DNA of 64,000 nt, from contig JBEKKX010000001.1 of assembly GCA_050010515.1 (NCBI GenBank), positions 64,627 to 128,626 on the forward strand. Direction: 5' to 3'. Below the pieces are notes generated by a model. That model was not told where the DNA came from. It did not search any database and saw only the letters and a list, made by a program, of their open reading frames with translations. Positions 49,288 through 59,476 of the stretch are shown in pieces. The stretch comes from Candidatus Bathyarchaeia archaeon. Its GTDB lineage: Archaea; Thermoproteota; Bathyarchaeia; Bathyarchaeales; Bathycorpusculaceae. Position numbers and translations under genes: made by a program. How positions within the stretch are numbered: the first letter of the stretch is position 1; the number at the start of each line of letters is the position of its first letter.

Positions 49288-50556
49288 TTGCAGAAGGCTC
49301 GATTTATGGCTGAAGAACACACACCATTAACCGTCGCACTTTCCCAACTTAAACTGGCTTGCAAAAAGTTACAGTTGGATTCGGGGATGCATAAGATGCT
49401 CAGCTTGCCAAAACGCTCCATCAGCGTCAGCATCGACATCCGTATGGACAACGGAACCGTCGGAGTATTCAACGGCATCCGAGTTCAACATTGGGATGCG
49501 CGCGGACCATTCAAAGGCGGAATCCGCTACTACCCAAACATTACCCTTGATGAAGTCACCGCGCTGGCAATGTTGATGACTTGGAAATGCGCCATTGCTG
49601 ACATACCATTTGGCGGAGCAAAAGGCGGCGTTTGCGTTGACACTAAAAAAATGAGCAAACATGAGCTTGAAAGATTAACAAGAAGATACGTCAGCTTAAT
49701 CTTCGAATATTTGGGGCCGCACCGAGACATTCCTGCGCCAGATATGTACACTGACGCGCAAACCATGGCTTGGATAATGGACACCTACAGCCAAATGAAA
49801 GGCTACAGCATACCCGAAAGCGTCACCGGCAAACCAGTCGAAATCGGAGGCTCATGGGGCAGAACTGAAGCCACAGGCAGAGGAGTAATCCACTGCGTAA
49901 AACAAGCGGCAGAAAACAACAGCCTAAAACTAAAAAACGCCGCCGTAGCCATCCAAGGCTTCGGCAACGTCGGCTACCATGCAGCAGTGGCTGCGCAAGA
50001 AGTAGGCTGCAAAATAATAGCCGTAAGCGACTCCACAGGAGGAATCTACTGCGCAGATGGCTTAAACCCACCAGATGTTCTTGTGCATAAAGAAAAAACA
50101 CGCTCTGTCCAGAACTACAAGGACTGCAAAAACATAACCAACGAGGAACTAATTGAATTATCCTGCGACGTGCTGATTCCTGCAGCGCTGGAGAACCAGA
50201 TCACCTGCAAAAACGCTGACAAAATTAAAGCTAAAATGGTTGCTGAAGCAGCTAACGGACCAACTACACCTGAAGCTGACAAGGCATTATATGAAAAAGA
50301 CATCTGCCTAATTCCAGACATCCTCGCCAATTCTGGCGGTGTAACCGTGAGCTATTTTGAATGGGTCCAAAACTTAACCCGAGAGCAATGGCCACTGGAA
50401 AAAGTCAACAGGAAACTTGAAGCCAAAATGACTAAAGCATTCAACGACGTAGTCGCTATTGCGGAGAAGGAAGAGAGTGACATGCGTACAGGCGCGTTAA
50501 TGCTGGGTGTAGGAAGAGTGGCTAACGCCATAAAAACACTAGGACTTTGGCCATAA
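49288..50556 (+). CDS. gdhA: Glutamate dehydrogenase (Glu/Leu/Phe/Val family)
   Basis: GPFKGGIR, GGAKGG, DIPAPD, QGFGNVG, EAANGP, GGVTVSYFEW. Confidence 0.96.
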   Translation: MQKARFMAEEHTPLTVALSQLKLACKKLQLDSGMHKMLSLPKRSISVSIDIRMDNGTVGVFNGIRVQHWDARGPFKGGIRYYPNITLDEVTALAMLMTWKCAIADIPFGGAKGGVCVDTKKMSKHELERLTRRYVSLIFEYLGPHRDIPAPDMYTDAQTMAWIMDTYSQMKGYSIPESVTGKPVEIGGSWGRTEATGRGVIHCVKQAAENNSLKLKNAAVAIQGFGNVGYHAAVAAQEVGCKIIAVSDSTGGIYCADGLNPPDVLVHKEKTRSVQNYKDCKNITNEELIELSCDVLIPAALENQITCKNADKIKAKMVAEAANGPTTPEADKALYEKDICLIPDILANSGGVTVSYFEWVQNLTREQWPLEKVNRKLEAKMTKAFNDVVAIAEKEESDMRTGALMLGVGRVANAIKTLGLWP

Positions 50557-50712
50557 ACACGGAAACAGAGCAGGGAGATGAGTTAAAAGAAAGGGATAGT
50601 GCCTCCGAGCAGTAGAGGGCAGCTTTCTTTAGCATTATTTGTTTCTAGTGCAAACGCTTAAAACTGTTCTTGATATATCTGTTGAACCCCACAAAAGGGA
50701 AAACAATCGGAC

Positions 50713-51285
50713 TTGAGAGGGAAAAAGCAGTTGGCAGCGAAAATTTGCATGTTGGATTTCTGTTATGAGAACTCGCTGGTTAAAATTGTGGCAAACAGGA
50801 ACTGCCCGGAAATTAAGCTTGCTGGATTAATTGTTGGTCCCTTTGATGAAGGAAATGAGTATGAAGTTTATTTTTGGGTGGCGAAAGAGTTAGCGAACTC
50901 GGGAATGGTTCATTTTCGAGAGGACGATGTTTTGGATGCAACTAAACTGTTCAAGGTGCAATGGAAGGAAGGCGTACAAATCCCAGGACAAATCTCCGAG
51001 CTTTCAGATGATTTTTATCCTAAACTTCGCAGGTTTATCTCCGACTTAAAAGATCAAGCCTCAAAGCAATCGGAAAAATACCAAGAATATGATAGAGCAA
51101 AGCAATTAGCACGTGACATCGTAAATTCTAGGCTTAAAAAAATAGTTGCCCTATCTTCTGCTCCAACTCAAAGTGAGCAGGTTCTAAAAAAGTTTACAAG
51201 CGAGGAAAAAATTCTCTATGAACAACTAGTCAAAATAATCTCTGAGTGGAAAACAAAGATTCTAGAAAGTGAGGGAGAAAAGTAA
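50713..51285 (+). CDS. GINS complex subunit Gins23
   Basis: YFWVAKEL, DFYPKL, RLKKIV, FTSEEK; immediately upstream of mcm. Confidence 0.8.
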   Translation: MRGKKQLAAKICMLDFCYENSLVKIVANRNCPEIKLAGLIVGPFDEGNEYEVYFWVAKELANSGMVHFREDDVLDATKLFKVQWKEGVQIPGQISELSDDFYPKLRRFISDLKDQASKQSEKYQEYDRAKQLARDIVNSRLKKIVALSSAPTQSEQVLKKFTSEEKILYEQLVKIISEWKTKILESEGEK

Positions 51286-51287
51286 AG

Positions 51288-53324
51288 ATGACTAACGAAC
51301 AGGTAACAGTGGACCCGCAGCAGCGTTTTCAAGAGTTCTTTAAGAAAGAGAAGTACCGCCAAAGAATCGCGCAGTTAGCCATCACTGGAAAAGGATCAGT
51401 AACAATCGATTTCGAAGAACTTTATGGATTTGACCAAGCACTCGCTGAACAATTACTCAACAAACCGGAAGAATACCTGCAGCATGCAGGAAAAGGAGCC
51501 TACGAACAACTCCGCATAGAAGATGCAGAATACGCTGAAAAAATAGAAAAAATTAATGCCAGAATCGTGAAGCTCCTTGGAAAAGAACAACTAAGAAAAC
51601 TCGGCTCAAGACAAATGGCAAAACTAGTCATGGTTGAAGGCATAGTAGTCAGAGCCACGTCAGTCCGACCGATGGTCTTGCAAGCAGCCTTCAAATGCAA
51701 ACGCTGTGGAACCATGAACATGGAAGAACAAACAGGACAATTCCTAAAGGCACCAGCCATATGCCAAGCTCCAGACTGCGGAAGAGATGGACCATTCGAG
51801 TTTGTCCAAGAAGAATCCACCTTTATAGATTCCCAAGACCTTCGGTTGCAGGAAAAGCCTGAAGATTTACCTCCAGGGCAATTACCACGTACATTAAGCG
51901 TCAAACTTGTCGGTGATGACATAGTTGACGTTGCAAGACCAGGAGACCACGTTTCCATAGTCGGCATCGTTCGTGCTTTTGCGCCTTCATTGATGGGAAT
52001 GGGAAAACTTCGAACATTCATTCTTCAACTTGATGCTAACTCAGCAGAAGTGCTTGGCAAAGAGCCAGAAACGTCACCGCCTACACCTGAAGAAGAAGAA
52101 AAAATCCATGCACTCTCACAAGACCCATGGGTGCACAGGAAAATCATGAGTTCCATAGCACCATCAATCTTCGGCTACGAGCACATCAAAGAAGCTATAA
52201 TGTATTTGCTCTTCGGCGGAGTTGCAAAAAGCCTGCCAGACATAAACATAAGAGGAGAAATGAATGCTCTTTTAATCGGAGACCCAGGTACCGCAAAATC
52301 GCAACTTCTTCAGTACGTAGCCAGAATAGCTCCAAGAGGACTATACACTTCGGGTAGAGGAACAACCGCCGCAGGCTTAACTGCGGCAGTGGTTAGAGAA
52401 AAAGGCGGAAGCATGAGCCTTGAAGCAGGCGCACTCGTACTAGCCGACAAAGGAATAGCTTGTATAGACGAAATGGATAAGATGCGGCCAGAAGACCGTG
52501 TTGCTATTCACGAAGCTATGGAGCAGCATACGGTTTCAGTTGCAAAAGGCGGAATTGTCGCCACACTGAACGCCAGAACAGCAGTGTTAGCAGCAGCTAA
52601 CCCGTCTTTAGGCAGGTATGAACCAAACAGAACAGTTGCCGAAAACATTTCACTGCCAGTTACTATTCTTTCGCGTTTTGACTTAATTTTCGTGCTACGT
52701 GATGTGCCCAACAAGGAAGCGGATGAAAAAATGTCTCATCACATCTTGGAAATTCATCGTAGAGGAGTAAGCCCTGTAGAAGCACCGGTAGATGCGGAAT
52801 TGCTGCGGAAATATGTTGGTTTTGCTAAAGGGATTAAGCCTGTACTTGGTACTGAAGCGTTAAAGCGGTTAAGCGACTTTTACTTAGCCATGCGCGCGGC
52901 AAGCGAAACTGAAGGTTCACCAGTGGCAATAACCGCACGCCAGCTGGAATCGCTTGTTCGTATCTCAGAAGCCAGAGCACGCGTTGCATTACGAAAGGAA
53001 GTTACAGGTGAAGATGCAGAGGCGGCCATAGTCATTATGAAGAGGTCTCTGGAAGAAGTGGGAATCGACTTGTCCTCGTACAAAGTGGATATTGACTTGA
53101 TAATGACTGGAAGGTCCAAAAGCATCCGGGATAGATTGCATGTTATCCTTTCAGTGCTGATGGACATGGAGAAAGTGACAGGCATAGTTGAGAAAGACGC
53201 ACTTGTCAACGAACTGGAAACAACACATAAGATACCCAGAGCCGAAGTTGAACGCATGATAAGCCAATTGCTACGTGAAGGAACAATTTATGAACCCAGA
53301 GAAGGATGCCTAAAGAAAACCTAA
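51288..53324 (+). CDS. mcm: MCM replicative helicase
   Basis: GDPGTAKSQ, IDEMDKM, SRFD, TARQLE; no intein. Confidence 0.98.
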   Translation: MTNEQVTVDPQQRFQEFFKKEKYRQRIAQLAITGKGSVTIDFEELYGFDQALAEQLLNKPEEYLQHAGKGAYEQLRIEDAEYAEKIEKINARIVKLLGKEQLRKLGSRQMAKLVMVEGIVVRATSVRPMVLQAAFKCKRCGTMNMEEQTGQFLKAPAICQAPDCGRDGPFEFVQEESTFIDSQDLRLQEKPEDLPPGQLPRTLSVKLVGDDIVDVARPGDHVSIVGIVRAFAPSLMGMGKLRTFILQLDANSAEVLGKEPETSPPTPEEEEKIHALSQDPWVHRKIMSSIAPSIFGYEHIKEAIMYLLFGGVAKSLPDINIRGEMNALLIGDPGTAKSQLLQYVARIAPRGLYTSGRGTTAAGLTAAVVREKGGSMSLEAGALVLADKGIACIDEMDKMRPEDRVAIHEAMEQHTVSVAKGGIVATLNARTAVLAAANPSLGRYEPNRTVAENISLPVTILSRFDLIFVLRDVPNKEADEKMSHHILEIHRRGVSPVEAPVDAELLRKYVGFAKGIKPVLGTEALKRLSDFYLAMRAASETEGSPVAITARQLESLVRISEARARVALRKEVTGEDAEAAIVIMKRSLEEVGIDLSSYKVDIDLIMTGRSKSIRDRLHVILSVLMDMEKVTGIVEKDALVNELETTHKIPRAEVERMISQLLREGTIYEPREGCLKKT

Positions 53325-53343
53325 AGAAAAGCGAGACAAAACG

Positions 53344-54438
53344 ATGAAGCCAGTAGTAGTTGTTGCTGGAACTAGGCCTGAAATAATCAAGATGGCTCCA
53401 ATAATCAGAGCCTTAAATTTAAACAAAACCAAAATCCCATCAGTATTTGTCCATTGCGGTCAACATTATGACTATAATATGGCTCAGCAATTCATTGAAA
53501 ACCTCGAGTTGCCTACACCTGACTACTCCTTTAAAATTGAAGCTTCTTCGCCTGGAGCGCAAACAGCAGAAATAATGATGAAGATGGACCAGCTGCTAGA
53601 GAAGATTGAGCCTTCAATTGTTTTGGTTGAAGGTGACACGAACAGTGTATTGGCCGCAGCTTTAGCAGCTAATAAACGGGTGGTCCCTATTGGGCATGTG
53701 GAAGCTGGTTTAAGAAGTTTTGACCTGCGCATGCCTGAAGAACATAACCGCCGTTTAACCGATCACATATCTGAATACTTGTTCACCCCAACAGAAAGAG
53801 CAAAAGCAAATCTCTTGAAAGAGAATGTTTGGGGCAAAATCTACCTGACCGGGAACACGGCTATAGACGCGGTAATCCAGCATTTGCCAATTGCCGAAAA
53901 AAAATCAACCATAATGGAAAAAATCCCTTTTGAAACGTTCGCTTTAGCAACGGCTCACAGAGCAGAAAACGTTGATAACGTGTCGGTTCTTGAGTCCTTT
54001 ATGGATGTTTTCTCCAAATCCCCAATTCCAATCGTTTATCCGATGCATCCACGCACAAAAAAGAGACTCCAAGAAAATAAGATGCTTGCTCAAATGGAAG
54101 CATTGAGGAACGTGTTAATTCTTCCGCCTTTGGGATACTTGGATTTTTTAATTTTAATGAAAAACTGTAAATTGATAATTACTGATTCAGGCGGTATTCA
54201 AGAGGAAGCCACTGCCCCAAGCATAAGGAAACCAGTGCTGGTAATCCGTTTATCAACTGAGAGGCAGGAAGCAGTGGAAGCAGGGTATGCTAAAGTGGTT
54301 GGAACAGCTGGGAAAAATATTTTGGCAGCTATGGAAGAAGCGGTTAAAAATGAAGTTGAGTTGCCCTATGCTTCACCTTTCGGCGACGGCACAGCAGCCC
54401 AAAAAATTGTCGATGTATTAGAGAAAAGCTTTGCTTAA
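53344..54438 (+). CDS. wecB: UDP-N-acetylglucosamine 2-epimerase (non-hydrolysing)
   Basis: GTRPEIIK, GQHYD, HVEAGLRS, PEE.NR, TDSGGIQEE. Confidence 0.96.
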   Translation: MKPVVVVAGTRPEIIKMAPIIRALNLNKTKIPSVFVHCGQHYDYNMAQQFIENLELPTPDYSFKIEASSPGAQTAEIMMKMDQLLEKIEPSIVLVEGDTNSVLAAALAANKRVVPIGHVEAGLRSFDLRMPEEHNRRLTDHISEYLFTPTERAKANLLKENVWGKIYLTGNTAIDAVIQHLPIAEKKSTIMEKIPFETFALATAHRAENVDNVSVLESFMDVFSKSPIPIVYPMHPRTKKRLQENKMLAQMEALRNVLILPPLGYLDFLILMKNCKLIITDSGGIQEEATAPSIRKPVLVIRLSTERQEAVEAGYAKVVGTAGKNILAAMEEAVKNEVELPYASPFGDGTAAQKIVDVLEKSFA

Positions 54439-55208
54439 GATATGTAAGTGGTCTTTTTATCTTCTTCTTTGCGTGTTTGTTCAGCTTGCAAGGCTCGTTT
54501 TTCTTCAATTTGCTGCAGGCGAGTCACCATTGTTTCTGCACGGGCAATTTCCTCATTCATTCCTGCTAGATCTAAGTCGAAGTTGAAAGTGGATTTTAAA
54601 ACTTCCAAAACGCTTTTTGCCGCAAGAGGATCAGGAAGGTAACCGCGTGTTTCACCCAGCAAGCAGAGAGCGCTTATTTTTTTGAATTTTGCTAGGCCAA
54701 GTATTAATCCTGCTGTTCCAACAATTGGGCTTCCTGAAGTGCTAAGCGTTGCGCCTGCTTGTAGTGCTTTGTCTAAGATCTCCTGTGAAGTTGCAGCTAT
54801 GAAGACTTTAGGTTTTTCTTTTGGCTCCATTCGGTAACCTCCGATGGTTGCGATTGTTTTAACTTTGTACTTTTCTGAGAAGTCAAGCATCCGGTCAGCG
54901 ATTTCGTATTGCCCTTCGATTGTTTGCGATTGGCTATCGCCGGTAAATAGGATTAGATCGTTTGGTCCCTTTGGATTTTGGTAGTAGTAGAATGCGCCTC
55001 TTAAAAGGCGGACGTTACCTTTTTTGTTGACGAGGACAAAATATGGGAAATGAGGTGAGTAGAGATAAGCAATCTTTTTGGCTTTTAACTGTTTGATCAT
55101 GTAGCGAAGGGCGATTTTACCAACAAGCCCTAAACCTGGAAGACCTTCGATAAGAACTGGATTGTTCGGTTCAATTTGGATGAATTCTTTGATGTAGGTT
55201 TCTTTCAT
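54435..55208 (-). CDS. PAC2-family proteasome assembly chaperone
   Basis: IEGLPGLGLVGK, YSPHFP, TIGGY, LGET.GY.PDP. Confidence 0.92.
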   Translation of the reverse strand: MKETYIKEFIQIEPNNPVLIEGLPGLGLVGKIALRYMIKQLKAKKIAYLYSPHFPYFVLVNKKGNVRLLRGAFYYYQNPKGPNDLILFTGDSQSQTIEGQYEIADRMLDFSEKYKVKTIATIGGYRMEPKEKPKVFIAATSQEILDKALQAGATLSTSGSPIVGTAGLILGLAKFKKISALCLLGETRGYLPDPLAAKSVLEVLKSTFNFDLDLAGMNEEIARAETMVTRLQQIEEKRALQAEQTRKEEDKKTTYIS

Positions 55209-55375
55209 TATGTTGTGCTACTCCTTTTCATTGCCATTCGGTATTTTAAGTATTTATCATCAGGCGAGAATTTGGGTGGATGTGGAATTCTGACTGGCCC
55301 GCCACAGTAAGGGCAACTTTTTTTGTTAAGTGTATATTTTTCGCAGTTTACGCATTTGCGTAATTGCCAAACCAA
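55208..55375 (-). CDS. nop10: H/ACA RNP protein Nop10
   Basis: Below ORF-track cutoff; TTG start, MVWQLRKCVNCEKYTL...CPYCGG...PHPPKFSPDDKY. Confidence 0.93.
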   Translation of the reverse strand: MVWQLRKCVNCEKYTLNKKSCPYCGGPVRIPHPPKFSPDDKYLKYRMAMKRSSTT

Positions 55376-55592
55376 CTATTTTTCCCTTCTAAAAGTCCCT
55401 TGCCCGCCTGCTTCTATGACGTTTGAGATGACGCTTTCTGCTGATTTTTGCAGACGAGATTTCTGAGACGTGAAGTAAACCTCGCTTGCCGTATTCATCA
55501 ATTTTAGCGTAAGCACCATAATCCGTGACGGTTTCTACGGTGGCGATTACCAGGTCACCGGCTTCTGGCCATTCGGGCTTACGCTCAGCCAT
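55376..55592 (-). pseudogene. eif2a: Translation initiation factor aIF2-alpha with large internal deletion and frameshift
   Basis: N-terminal 47 aa (PEAGDLVIATV..DYGAY..DEY..GLLHVSEISS) joined out of frame at ~55452 to C-terminal LQKSAESVISNVIEAGGQGTFRREK*; canonical position between rps27e and nop10. Confidence 0.88.
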
Positions 55593-55606
55593 TCATTAGT
55601 CATCCC

Positions 55607-55819
55607 TTATTCAAGAACCGCCTGTACTTCGCCTTTGATTTTTGCTCTTCCGCCAGATGGTTCGGCTAGTGTTTCTCCGCATACGTTGCAGGTTATCTTG
55701 TTAACAGCGTTACTGAAGATTAATTGTTCGTTGCCGCATTTTGAGCATTTGACTCTAAGGAAGACGCTTCTTGGTTTTGGGATAAGTTTGCTCCATTCAG
55801 ACATGCCTTTTTTCTCCAT
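55607..55819 (-). CDS. rps27e: 30S ribosomal protein S27e
   Basis: PKPRS.FLRVKC..CGNEQ...C..CG..L..P.GG.A. Confidence 0.96.
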   Translation of the reverse strand: MEKKGMSEWSKLIPKPRSVFLRVKCSKCGNEQLIFSNAVNKITCNVCGETLAEPSGGRAKIKGEVQAVLE

Positions 55820-55821
55820 TA

Positions 55822-56106
55822 TTATAGTATTTCTAGTTTTCTGAGGCGGATACCGTCTTTATGCCTCATGTAATTGCAAACTTTACATTTTAACCGCAGG
55901 GTTTGTTTTTTGGTTGTTTTCGCGAATTCTCTTTGAAGTGGATATTTTTGTCCACCATAACCCTGCTTTTCTCTTGCGTGGTGGCGTTCGCCATGAGCTA
56001 AGGCTCTACGCTTTCCTGGCTTGTAGAGGGTTACACTGTGAATTTGATGAGTTTTACATTTCGGACAGTAAGTTTTAACTTCTTTAGGAACGTTCACCTT
56101 GTTCAC
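55822..56106 (-). CDS. rpl44e: 50S ribosomal protein L44e
   Basis: TYCPKC.TH..H, GYGGQ, AKTTKK..LRLKC..C. Confidence 0.96.
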   Translation of the reverse strand: MNKVNVPKEVKTYCPKCKTHQIHSVTLYKPGKRRALAHGERHHAREKQGYGGQKYPLQREFAKTTKKQTLRLKCKVCNYMRHKDGIRLRKLEIL

Positions 56107-56587
56107 TACCAGCTTTGCATAAAAGAAACATACGCATTCTTATACTTTTTCACCTATCTGCCAAAAAGTATGGGCTTCAGCCAATCGAAGTAGCACTTGG
56201 AGAGAATTCTATAGCCTTCCTATTTGAGCATCCAATAAAACGCCTAATGCTTCTATGGATTCAAAGGCTTGTTAAAGAATTGACTTACCACAGGGATACC
56301 CTCTTTTAGCTAGTGAAAAGACAAAGCAAATAGTATACCCCTTTAGGGTTCTTGGGGTAATTCTATAGCAATATTGCACCTACCCCACCGCTGACAAGAG
56401 CTTTATAAGTAATTACCTTAAGAGAATTAAACAAGAACTTCATCTTTCTTCATTCTAAACCCCAATGAAACGGAAAGTTTCGTAATTTATTGCTGGTCTA
56501 TTCTGGCAGACTGAAAACTGGCAGAAAGGCGTATTCTTTTTAAACGGAAGGCAATTTTAACTTTATATCCAGTTTGCAGGTAATGCG

Positions 56588-57646
56588 TTGATGCAAATTC
56601 TTTCAAAACTCAAAGAGCACTCAGATGCCATAGTTAAGCTGTTGCCATTGTTTGCTTTCGTCGCTCCGTTGGCTCTGCTGTATGGGCTGAACCCAGCCGA
56701 TCCATACCTTAATCTTAGCGCTCAAGGTTCTTTTCAGTTAATGTGGAAGGGCAGGACCTTCCAGTTATTTTTTATTTGGTTAATAGCGCTGGAGTTTATT
56801 CTCAATTGGGAAATCTTCAAGTCAAAAATAAGCAAGCAAAACAAAGCAAAGCTCGTCGCTGTTGCCATAGCCTTGTTACTTCCTACAATATACGTAATTT
56901 CTGAATATTATTTTGGGTTAAACGCTGCAATTGCAAACTTATCCCTGCAAAACGGCGTTGCTTTTTACGATTCAATGCCTCTTGCAATTGAATACCTTGT
57001 TTTCGCAGGTCTTTTTTGCTTAACTATTTTCCTGTCTTTTGGGAAAAAGGGTTTAGCAGGTTTTGCTTTACCTGCTTTGTTTGTCGGTTTAGTCGGAGTT
57101 CTATACACTATCGATAACGTTTTTCCTAACGGGCAGTTTACACCATTCCAAATATTGGTTCCAACAACCGCCACGCTTGCCGCTCGCGTCCTAGGCTTAA
57201 TGGGATGCACGACTTCGCTTGTAACACAAAATGGCATGCCAACCCTGCAAGCTACAGGACCATTAGGAACAGCTAAATTCGCTATAGCTTGGCCTTGTGC
57301 AGGCATTGAAAGCTTTCTTATTTATACGGCTGTTGCTTTGGTGTTTTTGCAGCAGATGCCAATCTCTTGGAAAGCTAAAACAGGATACTTCATCGTCGGC
57401 GCAACCGTCACATATTTCATAAATGTTATGCGGATAGTCACCATCTTCAATATTGGCATGCAGTATGGCGTAAACTCAAACCAAGTGCAAATGTTCCACT
57501 TCTATTATGGCCCACTGTACGCGATAGCATGGATTGTTTCTTATCCACTGATCATTCTTGTAAGCCAAGCTTTATGGCGAAAAATTAAAAGTGGAAAATC
57601 AGCTCTAACCACGGAACCCTTAGGAAACCTCAACCACCACAGCTAA
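56588..57646 (+). CDS. Archaeosortase/exosortase family protein
   Basis: Multi-TM; IAWPCAG (Cys), INVMRI (Arg), FHFYYG (His) triad. Confidence 0.85.
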   Translation: MMQILSKLKEHSDAIVKLLPLFAFVAPLALLYGLNPADPYLNLSAQGSFQLMWKGRTFQLFFIWLIALEFILNWEIFKSKISKQNKAKLVAVAIALLLPTIYVISEYYFGLNAAIANLSLQNGVAFYDSMPLAIEYLVFAGLFCLTIFLSFGKKGLAGFALPALFVGLVGVLYTIDNVFPNGQFTPFQILVPTTATLAARVLGLMGCTTSLVTQNGMPTLQATGPLGTAKFAIAWPCAGIESFLIYTAVALVFLQQMPISWKAKTGYFIVGATVTYFINVMRIVTIFNIGMQYGVNSNQVQMFHFYYGPLYAIAWIVSYPLIILVSQALWRKIKSGKSALTTEPLGNLNHHS

Positions 57647-58168
57647 GCCTTGTTTAACCAAAATCTTCGCATTCTCAACGGGCAAAGAAGCAACATCTTC
57701 AACCATAAATGGCCCATAAGTTTTCATGTCTAAACCAATAATGGCTGGAGTACTTTTTGCAAATCTTAAAGTCATTCGTTTATGACTCACTTCAGCTTCC
57801 GCTTTAGCAGTTTGACCTTGCATGAGACCTTCAGCAAACTTCCTATACGCGCCGCTGAAAGTGACAAAACTCTCGCACATCTTGGTTTCTTCAACCGTTA
57901 ACAACTCTGAGGGCAACGTTTGGTTTTGCGTGATTGTTTTGACTAGTTTTTTGTATCTTGCCCAAAGCAGCTCCTCAAGCATCCGCTTAACGTTCTGCGC
58001 CTCACGGTCCAGCAGGTTTACTTTAACTGATTTTTTGTCAAGCACCCTGCTCTCTTCGCTTATGCGCTTCAGGTAATCTGCTAGTCTAGCGTAGAAGTCA
58101 GGTGATAAACCTCCAAGCGAAGCATCTTCAATTTCTCTTCGCCATGCCGCGTAAAGTTCATTGTACAT
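57620..58168 (-). CDS. GINS complex subunit Gins15 (Gins51)
   Basis: L.PDFY, ARYKKL, GLDMKTYGPF..EDVASLP.ENA..LVKQG; downstream of priS. Confidence 0.88.
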   Translation of the reverse strand: MYNELYAAWRREIEDASLGGLSPDFYARLADYLKRISEESRVLDKKSVKVNLLDREAQNVKRMLEELLWARYKKLVKTITQNQTLPSELLTVEETKMCESFVTFSGAYRKFAEGLMQGQTAKAEAEVSHKRMTLRFAKSTPAIIGLDMKTYGPFMVEDVASLPVENAKILVKQGLAVVVEVS

Positions 58169-59392
58169 TTAGTTTGCCACCTTAGCTCTTCCCTTACAGA
58201 TAAGCATTACTGCCGCCGCAACAGGCAACTCTTTCGTCTCATTCTTGTATGGACCCAACGTTTCTCCAATCAACTTGAACTCTGGCGCATCAGAGACCAA
58301 CACTTTCACCTCGCCCTTTTTAAAAGCTACCGCTCCAGTGAACGGATCAAAATCCAGCAGGTTTTTAGCTGGAAACTCCACTTTTTTTAGTCCTGTTTTA
58401 CCATGCAAGGTACCGTTCATCCTGATTAAACGGTGAATATCAGTAGTGACAACCGTGTCAATCTTTGACGACTGCAAATCCCTCACATGCTCAGCCAGTT
58501 TTAGCCAAGTTTGAACGCTGACTCCGTGAATACTGTCCCATCGACCATCATTTATGCAACGTTTAATGATAGCTTCCTTGTTTTTTAAAAGTGCATCATT
58601 CTTTAAACCAATGTCTTTCAAATCTTCCATGGTTGCGTTGAGGAGAAAATTTTGCATTCCTAATTTTAGTCGCTTGTTCCAGCCAAAGTTGTGTAGATTA
58701 AATTTTTTAGTCGCGCGCTTTCCTCGTTTTTCGTTTGCGTCTTTATCCAGTATAGTTAAGCCTAATCCAGTAACGTAATCAACGATTTCCTTCCTTGCCA
58801 TAGCATCTAATGAACGTACTGCTTCATTCTCAACATGCACGTGGTATCCTCGGTGCCCAGAAAAAAACACATGCAACTCATCTAAAGAAAAACCAAAATC
58901 GTTCTCTAACATATCAATCAGCTTGGCCGTCTCTTCTCGAGCTGATTTTATGCAAAGTTCGCAGGGCCAAGTTTTGGTTTCAAATTTTGTTGCTTCGCAG
59001 GCTGGGCAGATTTCTGGGGTTATTCCTCTGCCGCTGAAGCCACATTTGCTGCAGGTGAATTCATCGTGGATTTTATTGCAGGAAGTTGGAATGTGATCGG
59101 CGTCTATATCGAAGACTAAGTCAGCGCCTAACCAACCTTTTTTGTCCATGTCAAAGTCTGGGTTTTCATAGTAAGCGCAAGAATGATAAACATCTGATGG
59201 AACAGTCTGGTTCAGCACTGACCTCAAGTTGCTGATTCCTTCAAACCTTTTGTGCCTAACCATAAACCGTTCCTTGAAGAGCAAATAGCCAAATTCTCTT
59301 TGGCCAAGAAGAATCGGTGCAGGAATAACAGTTGAGGGGTCTCGGTAGTATTCGCAGAATTTTTGATAAACGAAGTCTCGAGAAGCCTCCAT
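58169..59392 (-). CDS. priS: DNA primase small (catalytic) subunit
   Basis: REFG, YHS.AYY, DLVFDIDADH, FSGHRGYH, D.VVT.DIHRLIR. Confidence 0.96.
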   Translation of the reverse strand: MEASRDFVYQKFCEYYRDPSTVIPAPILLGQREFGYLLFKERFMVRHKRFEGISNLRSVLNQTVPSDVYHSCAYYENPDFDMDKKGWLGADLVFDIDADHIPTSCNKIHDEFTCSKCGFSGRGITPEICPACEATKFETKTWPCELCIKSAREETAKLIDMLENDFGFSLDELHVFFSGHRGYHVHVENEAVRSLDAMARKEIVDYVTGLGLTILDKDANEKRGKRATKKFNLHNFGWNKRLKLGMQNFLLNATMEDLKDIGLKNDALLKNKEAIIKRCINDGRWDSIHGVSVQTWLKLAEHVRDLQSSKIDTVVTTDIHRLIRMNGTLHGKTGLKKVEFPAKNLLDFDPFTGAVAFKKGEVKVLVSDAPEFKLIGETLGPYKNETKELPVAAAVMLICKGRAKVAN

Positions 59393-59476
59393 GTTCCCCT
59401 GCCCCTTTGCTAGTTAGATAATGATTACTCTTCCCAAATTTATCTATATGCCGCCGCAGTCAAATTGTATATTATT

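Noticed and set aside
50585-50632. Imperfect hairpin after gdhA as a possible H/ACA sRNA
   Set aside because: No clear ACA box or K-turn; could be a terminator
51288-53324. Inteins in MCM or RFC
   Set aside because: Lengths are canonical and motifs are contiguous
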